Assembly (NCBI GenBank): GCA_947626425.1
Contig: CANQRX010000002.1
Span: 1 to 50,322, forward strand
Reading direction: 5' to 3'
Source: an uncultured Bacilli bacterium
GTDB lineage: Bacteria; Bacillota_I; Bacilli_A; RF39; UBA660
Length of the DNA: 50,322 nt
Shown here: positions 36,934 through 44,384 of the stretch, piece after piece
How the letters are laid out: the number at the start of each line of letters is the position of its first letter
Numbering within the stretch: position 1 is the first letter of the stretch
Notes under the pieces: generated by a model
Told to the model about the DNA's origin: nothing
Database searches by the model: none
The model's input: only the letters and a program-made list of their open reading frames with translations
Made by a program: the position numbers and the translations under genes

Positions 36934-38061
36934 ATGAATGATGCTATATTTTCGCAATTAGACTTTGGGCCAATCGAAGAATTTTTAAGAAATGAAGATG
37001 TAACAGATATTTCTTATAGTAATAATGGCTGTGTTTGGTTAAAATCACTTTCTCAAGGTTGCTATAAAGTTGAACGACCTGAAATAAATAATGCACTTAT
37101 GGAAAAATTAGCATTTCAGTGTGCAAATGTTATGGGTAAAACATTTAACATGGCCCATCCTTTCTTAGATGCAGAAAGTGCCGAATTACGTTTAAATTTT
37201 GTTCATGATTCCATTGCTACAAATGGAATTGCTTGCGTTATCCGTAAAACACCAGCCAAAATCCGATTAAATAAAACTAAATTATTAGATGAAAAATACG
37301 TTTCCGAAAGTGTTCATGATTTTTTGATTAAATGTGTAGAAGGTCATGCCAATATAATTGTCAGTGGAGAAACTGGTTCCGGAAAAACCGAATTAGTTAA
37401 ATACTTAGCTTCACATACCAAAGAAAACGAAAAAGTTATTACCATTGAAGATACATTGGAGTTACATTTAGACCGAATTTTTCCTCATCGGGATATTGTG
37501 GCAATGAAAACTAATAATATTGCGAGTTATTCAGATGTTTTAGTAACATGTATGCGTCAAAATCCCATTTGGATATTACTTTCCGAAGTTCGTAGTGCTG
37601 AAGCGGTTATGGCCGTCCGTAACTCGATTTCTTCAGGGCACCACATTTTATCAACAATTCACTCCGATAAAGCAAGTTTAATTCCGATGCGTATGTATTC
37701 TTTAGTTGAATCAAACATTGATGTCGAACAGTTTGTCGCGACAATTCACCGATACGTCCAAATAGGAGTCTATGTAAAAGGTTATTTAAGTAAAGAACTG
37801 GGTAGATTTCAAAGAGAAATATTGGAAGTTTGTGAATTTTATGTTGATGATAATAATAAGCCAAAAACAAATATTATATTTAAAAAAACTTTAACAGGTG
37901 AGATTACTATGAATAATCCTACCGAACATTTAAGAGATTATTTAGGTATTTCAGGGGTTCTTTTACCAGATGACATTTTTGCATCAGAAAAAGATAATTC
38001 TGATTCTAGTCAAATGGCTAATAATACTTCATCTGATATTGAGCAGATAGAAACTTTATAA
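36934..38061 (+). CDS. CpaF/TadA-type secretion ATPase (VirB11/GspE superfamily)
   Basis: Walker A VSGETGSGKTE, ITIEDTLEL, Walker B-like IWILLSEVRSAEA, and His-box-like HHILSTIHS. Size of about 375 aa is typical of TadA/CpaF. Confidence 0.8.
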   Translation: MNDAIFSQLDFGPIEEFLRNEDVTDISYSNNGCVWLKSLSQGCYKVERPEINNALMEKLAFQCANVMGKTFNMAHPFLDAESAELRLNFVHDSIATNGIACVIRKTPAKIRLNKTKLLDEKYVSESVHDFLIKCVEGHANIIVSGETGSGKTELVKYLASHTKENEKVITIEDTLELHLDRIFPHRDIVAMKTNNIASYSDVLVTCMRQNPIWILLSEVRSAEAVMAVRNSISSGHHILSTIHSDKASLIPMRMYSLVESNIDVEQFVATIHRYVQIGVYVKGYLSKELGRFQREILEVCEFYVDDNNKPKTNIIFKKTLTGEITMNNPTEHLRDYLGISGVLLPDDIFASEKDNSDSSQMANNTSSDIEQIETL

Positions 38062-38077
38062 GAAGGAGAGAGGACCA

Positions 38078-38974
38078 ATGATTGAGCTTATAATTTTAAT
38101 AGCCTTAGCAGTTTTTGCTTTATCATACCGATTTAATAATGGAGAAAATATTTACAAATTTTTTGTTACCAAAATTTCAATGGCTTATGATCGATATGCT
38201 CCATATAGTTTTAAAACGGTTCGGGAAAAAACCAAAGAATTAGGAAAAGAGTACACTGCTAAAGATTATTTAACCCAAGTAGCGCTCTTTGTTGCCGTTG
38301 CTGGAGGAATATCTTATCTATATTTTTACAATATTATTATTTCTGCTATTTATGCAGGTGTAGCGGTTTTGTTTATCCCGTTTTTAGCTTATTTAAGGTG
38401 TCAAAAAGCTTATTCAGAATTTTTATTCGAGCAAACCCAGGTTTATACAACCAATGTTATAATGGAATTTAATACCACTCAAAGTTTTGTAAAATCTTTA
38501 GAAGGCGTTCGGGATTCTGGAATCTTAGAAAATCCTCTTTTGGATGATGTTAAAACAATGATTGATATGTCTTACCAAAATGGAACAATTGATGAATCAA
38601 TAGAATTCTTTAATAAAAAGTATCCTTACTATATGGTAAAAAATATGCACCAATTATTTTTACAAATAACAAAAGAAGGTGCAAAAGACTCTGGTGAAGC
38701 CTTAGAAAATATGTCCATGGATATCGATGCCTTAGTTGAAGGTGTTTATCGAGACCAAATCGACAGAGCAAACTTTCACAAACGATTTATAACTTTTGGA
38801 TTAGCCTTATTTCTATTAGTAATGGCCATGCAATTTCTACTCGGAACAGAATCTTATTTAAAATTATTAGATATGTGGTATGTACAAGTAGTCCTTCACT
38901 TAATAATCTGGATTAACTGTTTCTTTCTATACCGCGGCGAACGTTTCTATTATGAAGATGTGGGGGTAGAATAA
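38078..38974 (+). CDS. TadB-like platform protein (T2SS-F-type membrane protein)
   Basis: 298 aa. An N-terminal TM helix, a helical cytoplasmic domain, then C-terminal TM helices. Position is directly after the ATPase. The call rests on topology and context. Confidence 0.5.
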   Translation: MIELIILIALAVFALSYRFNNGENIYKFFVTKISMAYDRYAPYSFKTVREKTKELGKEYTAKDYLTQVALFVAVAGGISYLYFYNIIISAIYAGVAVLFIPFLAYLRCQKAYSEFLFEQTQVYTTNVIMEFNTTQSFVKSLEGVRDSGILENPLLDDVKTMIDMSYQNGTIDESIEFFNKKYPYYMVKNMHQLFLQITKEGAKDSGEALENMSMDIDALVEGVYRDQIDRANFHKRFITFGLALFLLVMAMQFLLGTESYLKLLDMWYVQVVLHLIIWINCFFLYRGERFYYEDVGVE

Positions 38975-39762
38975 TGTACTGGGAAATAATTACCTTAGCA
39001 ATTATAATATTGTTTGTTTTAAATTATACCGGAAGGATTTCTGCTTCTCGTTTCGTTAGCGATAATGAAGTAATCTTTCAAAAATTAAAAGAAAAAGATT
39101 GGGATTTTTATGTAAAGATTAGATATGGAGATACGGTAAACCCAGACTTCTTATTTACCAAAAGAGTTCAAAACGGGTTAATAATAATTGTCATCATGCT
39201 TTGCTTCTTTATTTCTAATTTATCTTATGTAACCATTTTGTTTAGTTTAATTGCCGGCTATTTAGTATTTAAAATGCAATATAATAATTTAAAGAATTAT
39301 TATAAAAGACATTTACATGAAATAGACGCCATGTTACCACATTATTTAAAAAGTTTGGAAATTTTAATTCAACATTACACCGTTCCAGTAGCTTTAGGAA
39401 AATCAATTGAAGATGCCCCAGCTATATTTAAAGACGGTTTACAAGAATTAATTAGTCAAATCAACAGTGGGGATAGTTCAATTAATCCTTATATGCAATT
39501 CGCCAAAGTTTATCCAGTTCGTGATTCAATGCGAATGATGCGTTTATTATATCGTTTATCATTAGGACGACAAGAACATAAACAAGAACAATTAATTACT
39601 TTCTCAAGAACCATTTCTAATTTACAACAAAAAGCAAGAGAAATAAAATACAAAGAACGTCTTGACAAAATGGAAAAGAAAACCATGCAAATGCTAGTTG
39701 TAACCGGTGTTGGGGTAATGATATTACTAGTTTTAGCGGTTTTAATGATGATGAATATGTAA
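38974..39762 (+). CDS. TadC-like platform protein (T2SS-F-type membrane protein)
   Basis: 262 aa. Start overlaps the previous stop (TAATG). Same TM - cytoplasmic domain - TM topology as the preceding gene. Confidence 0.5.
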   Translation: MYWEIITLAIIILFVLNYTGRISASRFVSDNEVIFQKLKEKDWDFYVKIRYGDTVNPDFLFTKRVQNGLIIIVIMLCFFISNLSYVTILFSLIAGYLVFKMQYNNLKNYYKRHLHEIDAMLPHYLKSLEILIQHYTVPVALGKSIEDAPAIFKDGLQELISQINSGDSSINPYMQFAKVYPVRDSMRMMRLLYRLSLGRQEHKQEQLITFSRTISNLQQKAREIKYKERLDKMEKKTMQMLVVTGVGVMILLVLAVLMMMNM

Positions 39763-39794
39763 GACAGCTTTTTATAAGTTGTTTTTATTTTAAA

Positions 39795-39826
39795 TTGACA
39801 AACGGGGGGGGGGTATATGATAAAAT
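39795..39826 (+). promoter_or_regulatory. Putative promoter whose -35/-10 spacer contains a G10 tract
   Basis: TTGACA (39795-39800), then AAC plus G10. Candidate -10 elements are TATGAT (39816-39821, spacer 15) or extended TG-A-TAAAAT (39818-39826, spacer 20). Confidence 0.5.
39804..39813 (+). repeat. Homopolymeric G10 tract (intergenic)
   Basis: Counted directly. The in-frame stop at 39827-39829 shows it is not part of the 39851 ORF. Confidence 0.9.
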
Positions 39827-39850
39827 TAATTAAGAGTAAGGTGTTGGAAT

Positions 39851-41695
39851 ATGGAAAAGAAAACAAATACTTTTAATTATTTTATTGTTGTATTAATTAT
39901 TTTAGTTATTGCTTTTTTAGGAATAACGTATGCTTATTGGAATGTAACAATTAATCAAGAAAATAAAAATGTAGTAAAATCAGTTTGTTTAAAAGTAAGT
40001 ATGGCTAAAGATGAAAATGAAATAAGTCTACCTAAAGCTATGCCCATCAGTGACGAAGAAGGTGTAGCTTTAGCACCATATACCTTTAGCATTAAAAATA
40101 CTTGTAATGATAATGCAAGTTACCAAATAAATTTAGAGTCTTTATCCAAAATAAATGGAACAGAAGAAATACCTTTTAATGATAGATTAGCACCCAAATA
40201 TGTTCGCTTTAAATTAAATAAAACCGAAAAACCAGATGAAGGAACAATGTTATTATTAAGTAATACGGATGAAGTAACCCCAATTTTAGATAATACCTAT
40301 AGTTCCCATAAATTAATGACCGGATATTTAAGTCCAAGTGAAACCAAAGATTTTGAATTAAGATTATGGATAGATGAAGATGCTGATGAAGGAGCGATGA
40401 ATAAAACATTTGCCAGTAAAGTAACCATAACCAATGCTTATTTAGAGGAAGATAAAATACCACCAACAGCCACTTTAGATTTAGCGGTTTGTGATAATCT
40501 AATTACAGCTACCGGAAGTGGTCAAGCAAATAAAGACAAAACAATTTCTAAATATGAATATAAATTAGATGATGATGATTGGTATGAAACAACAAGTACT
40601 GAACCAAAAACATTTACAGTTGAAGATTATGGCTTACATAAAATAAGTTTAAGAGTAACGGATAATACCAATAATGTAAGTGGTGAAGTAATAAAAGAAG
40701 TTGAAATAAAAAAACCAGAAACTGTAAATATTAAAGGTAAAGATATTCCAGTAGCAACCTGTGGAGATGGATTATATCGAGTGGAACATAAAGATGGCCC
40801 TGATAACTGGAAAGAAACAGAATATCGTTTTGCCGGAGTAAACTATACTAATGATAGCACTTCATATGTCCATAATTATGTAAGCTTTAATGAAGAAATT
40901 TGGCGAATTATAGGATTAGTAAATGTTAAAACAGAAGATGGAAAATATGACCAACGATTAAAAATTGTCCGAACTGATGGAGTAGGTAACCAAAAGAATT
41001 TTGGCAGTTATCAATGGAATAATACAGCTAATAGTGACTGGACGAAATCATCATTAAAAAATATGTTAAACGGAATTTACTATACTAGTGAAAATGGAGA
41101 TTGTTATACAACAAGTAGTACAGCAACCCAATGTGATTTTAGTCAAGAAAGTACTACTTTACCAAATGGTTTAAATGAAACAGCCCGAGGAATGGTCGAT
41201 GATGGAGTAATCTGGAATTTAGGAGGAACAGCAGCATATCAAACTACAACAGTAACCCAATTTTATAATTATGAACGAGGAACGACAGTGTATAATGATA
41301 GACCAAAGGAATGGACAAAAACCAATGATGCAAGTGAACATAAAGGAGTAGGCTTAATTTATCCAAGTGATTATGGGTATGCCACGAATGGTGGAACCTC
41401 GGGAAGAGATTATTGTTTTAAAAAAGCACTATACAGTTGGGCCGGAAGTGGTTATAAAGAAGAATGTGCCAATAAAGATTGGTTAAAGCCAAGTAGTAGC
41501 TATTTATGGACGATTACGCCGAATTCGGGCAGTTCCCACGCTGCGTTCAGTGTCCACTCGTCGGGGTTTGTCATCGGCAACTACAGCGTCGCGAACTCCT
41601 ACGTCGTCTGGCCCGTCGTGTATCTGAAATCGAATATTCAGATTTCCGGCGGTGATGGGACTTTTGAAAATCCCTTTACTCTTGAATTAGATTAA
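39851..41695 (+). CDS. Fusion surface protein: TasA-like-signal N-terminal domain + Ig-like linker + lectin-like C-terminal domain with DGR-VR-like end
   Basis: N-terminus ..IILVIAFLGITYAYWNV. Residues 1-195 align with the 12.5-14.8 kb paralogs (PISD, PYTFSIKNTC, FELRLWIDEDA). Residues about 200-614 align with 46537-47938, with long identical DNA stretches. Confidence 0.8.
   Translation: MEKKTNTFNYFIVVLIILVIAFLGITYAYWNVTINQENKNVVKSVCLKVSMAKDENEISLPKAMPISDEEGVALAPYTFSIKNTCNDNASYQINLESLSKINGTEEIPFNDRLAPKYVRFKLNKTEKPDEGTMLLLSNTDEVTPILDNTYSSHKLMTGYLSPSETKDFELRLWIDEDADEGAMNKTFASKVTITNAYLEEDKIPPTATLDLAVCDNLITATGSGQANKDKTISKYEYKLDDDDWYETTSTEPKTFTVEDYGLHKISLRVTDNTNNVSGEVIKEVEIKKPETVNIKGKDIPVATCGDGLYRVEHKDGPDNWKETEYRFAGVNYTNDSTSYVHNYVSFNEEIWRIIGLVNVKTEDGKYDQRLKIVRTDGVGNQKNFGSYQWNNTANSDWTKSSLKNMLNGIYYTSENGDCYTTSSTATQCDFSQESTTLPNGLNETARGMVDDGVIWNLGGTAAYQTTTVTQFYNYERGTTVYNDRPKEWTKTNDASEHKGVGLIYPSDYGYATNGGTSGRDYCFKKALYSWAGSGYKEECANKDWLKPSSSYLWTITPNSGSSHAAFSVHSSGFVIGNYSVANSYVVWPVVYLKSNIQISGGDGTFENPFTLELD
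41519..41620 (+). other. DGR variable-region-like segment
   Basis: About 62% G+C and 14% A by hand count. See the codon comparison with 47759-47860 in the findings. Confidence 0.55.
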
Positions 41696-41766
41696 ATTGT
41701 CTTTTCGACAAAATTGTGTATATTTTTTGATCTTTAATCCACACTATAAGTGGAAAGGAGATCTCT

Positions 41767-42519
41767 ATGTTAAAAGAAGTAAAAGCATTTTTTCTTACTT
41801 TAATTGTCGGAATAGTCGCTTTAACTCTAAATGTTAATGCTGCATCAACTGCTACAGTAAATTCTCAAGCTGATTTAAAAGAAGCCTTAGATGATGAAAG
41901 TATTACCACAATTATTTTAGGTAGCGATATTGATACTACGGAAAAAATTAATATTGTTCGACCTGTTACAATTGATGGTCAAAATCATACTATTCGTTAT
42001 GTAGGAACTTTTGGTGATGAAGGAAGTAGAGACAATACTGTTTGGTCTGGAATTTATGTTTTACAATTTTATAAAACAACTGGAACCTTAAAAGACATTA
42101 AATTAACAGGCGGGAATGCTGGCCTTTTACTTAATGGTTCAGAAGTAACTTTTGAAGGAACAATTGATGTTTCTGGTAATGGTTTTGGCGGTATTGAATT
42201 AGGCCAAGGTGCTAATGTAACCGAAACTCCTCATTTAAAATTAGAAGGCGATGCCGAAATTGTTAACACAACCGAAGCCGAAGATGCTCCAACATTATGG
42301 GTTCCTGATGATACTAAAACCGCAATTTTAGAAAGTAATGGAATGCAAGAAACAATATCAGCTGGCGAAGAATTAACTATTATAGAAGCCCTAAGTTATT
42401 TTAATGTCCCAACTGAAAATCCTCAAACAGCCGATTTTAACAAATTATCAATTGTTTTAGGATTTATGAGCTTATTTATCTTTGCTTTAACTATGTCAAA
42501 GATTATGTTAAGAAAATAA
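41767..42519 (+). CDS. Secreted protein with class-B-sortase-type sorting signal (NPQTA + TM + basic tail)
   Basis: GGAGA RBS and signal peptide ..LTLNVNA/AST. The C-terminus NPQTADFNKLSIVLGFMSLFIFALTMSKIMLRK has the motif at 42418-42432. Confidence 0.7.
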   Translation: MLKEVKAFFLTLIVGIVALTLNVNAASTATVNSQADLKEALDDESITTIILGSDIDTTEKINIVRPVTIDGQNHTIRYVGTFGDEGSRDNTVWSGIYVLQFYKTTGTLKDIKLTGGNAGLLLNGSEVTFEGTIDVSGNGFGGIELGQGANVTETPHLKLEGDAEIVNTTEAEDAPTLWVPDDTKTAILESNGMQETISAGEELTIIEALSYFNVPTENPQTADFNKLSIVLGFMSLFIFALTMSKIMLRK

Positions 42520-42576
42520 GGTATTGAAATTAACTTTCGGTTCTTCCAAAAGTTTCCGAAAAGGCTGAATATTCGA

Positions 42577-42602
42577 AGTAGATAGAAATATCTGCTTTTT
42601 TA
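42577..42602 (+). terminator. Rho-independent terminator closing the long + strand gene array
   Basis: AGTAGATA-GAAA-TATCTGCT 8-bp stem (one G-U pair) followed by T6. Confidence 0.6.
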
Positions 42603-42839
42603 CGTTGATACAATAAATAGAAAATTTTAATTCATTCTTATGGAACCAAATATTTTAAAGTTCAGGGGTACGTAAAAGAAGAATTCAAGATACTCTATTT
42701 TTATAAAAGTGTTTATATTGAATTAAGGGAATGTAGCTTCCAAACTTAAAAATTTTTACATAAAAAATTCCGTTTGCAAGAAAAAAATTAAAAAAAGTTC
42801 TTCCAGAAACTTTCGAGAGAACCTAAATATAAGTTATAT

Positions 42840-42868
42840 TTGTACAGAGAACATTTGTTCAATATAAT
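42840..42868 (+). promoter_or_regulatory. Orphan sigma-A-type promoter TTGTAC-N17-TATAAT
   Basis: Read directly. No ORF of 60 aa or more follows on the + strand. Confidence 0.4.
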
Positions 42869-42874
42869 GTTAAT

Positions 42875-43090
42875 GGATACATTTGGAATATATCAGGTGT
42901 TTTCCCTTTCAATTATCAAAAGATAAAAGAGAACTTTCTCAATTTATTATAATTTTGCTATTATTCTTTGTAGTAATCACCTTACTATACAGATAATAAA
43001 AACATCTGATTTCAACAATTGTTGATTTCAGATGAAACCCATAAGGGATAACATCTGATTCTCGCAATCAAATGTATCCTTTTTTATTTT
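42875..43090 (+). ncRNA. Candidate small structured RNA or leader (promoter to terminator unit)
   Basis: Bounded by the promoter at 42840-42868 and the terminator at 43046-43090. Contains the 32-nt near-palindrome 43003-43034. Purely structural inference. Confidence 0.25.
43046..43090 (+). terminator. Rho-independent terminator
   Basis: GGATAACATCTGAT / ATCAAATGTATCC stem (12 bp with one bulge and one mismatch), 7-nt loop, followed by TTTTTTATTTT. Confidence 0.55.
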
Positions 43091-43190
43091 ATGCAAGTTT
43101 CCTTGACGTATTCATAATAACATAAAAAAGACCTTTTTACAAGGTGCTTTCGGCTCTTCTGGGAAACTTTGGGGAAGTTGCGAAGAACCC

Positions 43191-44009
43191 TTAGCTTTTG
43201 ATTTCTTTTTTTATTAGTTTCGCATGTAAAACAACGCGTTCATTACCAATTCCATCCTTGCAAGTTGATAAGGTTAAAACTTTATCATTGGTATTTAAAC
43301 TCGTTTGAAAATCATAAATGCTTCGATTTTTAATAGTTGTTAAAAATTGTTGATAATCATTCTCAGTTAAAAAATGAGTTGTTAAATAATACGTTTCACT
43401 AGGAATTACATAAACCGAAAAAACTTGAAAAATCATATTCGTTTGGGGAGTAGATATTTTAACTATATGGTTTTGTAAGTCGCTTAACCAATTTTCCTCT
43501 AAGGTATATTTTAAACTACCAAACATGCTTTCATCATTGCGGCGGTGCCCATAAATAATCGAGTTATTATTTAGATAATCCAAATTATTTCGATAATCAG
43601 AAAAAATCCAACCGGCTTTATTTTCCGTTTTATCAAATGAATGGGTTAAATAAAAATCATTATTTTTGGTTTTAACAATAGGGTAATTAATAAGAGTATT
43701 AGGTATATTTATCCAACCTACCGTGTCGTTATTCTGACTTTTTAACTCTTCAAAATTAATATTAAGATAGGGAATATCAACATAATTATAATAACTATCC
43801 GAAATATCATTCGGTGGATTAACTAAATCAGCAGTATAATCTTCTTTTAAAAATTCATCTAAATAATTTATTTGAATTTCCTTAATCAATTCTTTATTTT
43901 TTCTATTATCTAATTCCCACATGGCATACTGATAAAAAAAATAAATTGTTAAACTAAAAGTTAAAATCATGACAATATATAACTTATTTTTCTTTTTTCT
44001 TGGTTCCAT
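43191..44009 (-). CDS. srtB: Class B sortase
   Basis: N-terminal TM anchor, GWINIPNT..INYPIV, YGHRR, catalytic TLSTC motif, and a conserved downstream Arg (ERVVLHAKL). Confidence 0.85.
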   Translation of the reverse strand: MEPRKKKNKLYIVMILTFSLTIYFFYQYAMWELDNRKNKELIKEIQINYLDEFLKEDYTADLVNPPNDISDSYYNYVDIPYLNINFEELKSQNNDTVGWINIPNTLINYPIVKTKNNDFYLTHSFDKTENKAGWIFSDYRNNLDYLNNNSIIYGHRRNDESMFGSLKYTLEENWLSDLQNHIVKISTPQTNMIFQVFSVYVIPSETYYLTTHFLTENDYQQFLTTIKNRSIYDFQTSLNTNDKVLTLSTCKDGIGNERVVLHAKLIKKEIKS

Positions 44010-44063
44010 TTAATTCCTCTTTCTTTTTATAATAATGTTAAAAAAAAGCTAATTTTATACAAA

Positions 44064-44384
44064 TTAGTTTAAAAAAGAAATTTTAGTTATTTGTTCAAAA
44101 TAAAGGGAAGTATGATCATCAAAATATATTTGTTTGTTTTGAAAATTAAAGTGATCAATAATTCCTAATTTTCGATAAAACTGATTTTTCCAAAAATAAA
44201 TTATTTGGATTTTTTCTTTCGTGTGATAAGCTTTTTGAATATTTTGTTCAAGATTTTCTTTGTCATCTTCACTTAAAATCGATAATTTTTGTTGATTTCT
44301 TTTTTCTTTTAATTCCTGTAATACTTCGCTTGCAGGTACTACGGCATTAAAGGGTTGCCACTTAACTTCGCCACGATTACTCAT
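44064..44384 (-). CDS. YolD-like protein
   Basis: AAAGGTGG RBS. MSNRGEVKWQPFNAV.. and its size and position downstream of a UmuC-like polymerase match the Bacillus yolD/yqzH arrangement. Confidence 0.7.
   Translation of the reverse strand: MSNRGEVKWQPFNAVVPASEVLQELKEKRNQQKLSILSEDDKENLEQNIQKAYHTKEKIQIIYFWKNQFYRKLGIIDHFNFQNKQIYFDDHTSLYFEQITKISFLN

Noticed and set aside
39510-39866. 118-aa minus-strand ORF spanning the intergenic G10 tract
   Set aside because: It is antisense to the 3' end of the TadC-like gene. It has no RBS, and its hydrophobic, low-complexity translation contains a PPP stretch generated by the complement of the G tract. It is a shadow ORF.
42534-43190. Calling the 42.5-43.2 kb region a MITE or IS remnant
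   Set aside because: The bracketing motifs are short and imperfect. No target-site duplication or transposase fragment is visible, and I cannot test copy number. It is reported only as an observation, not as a mobile element.
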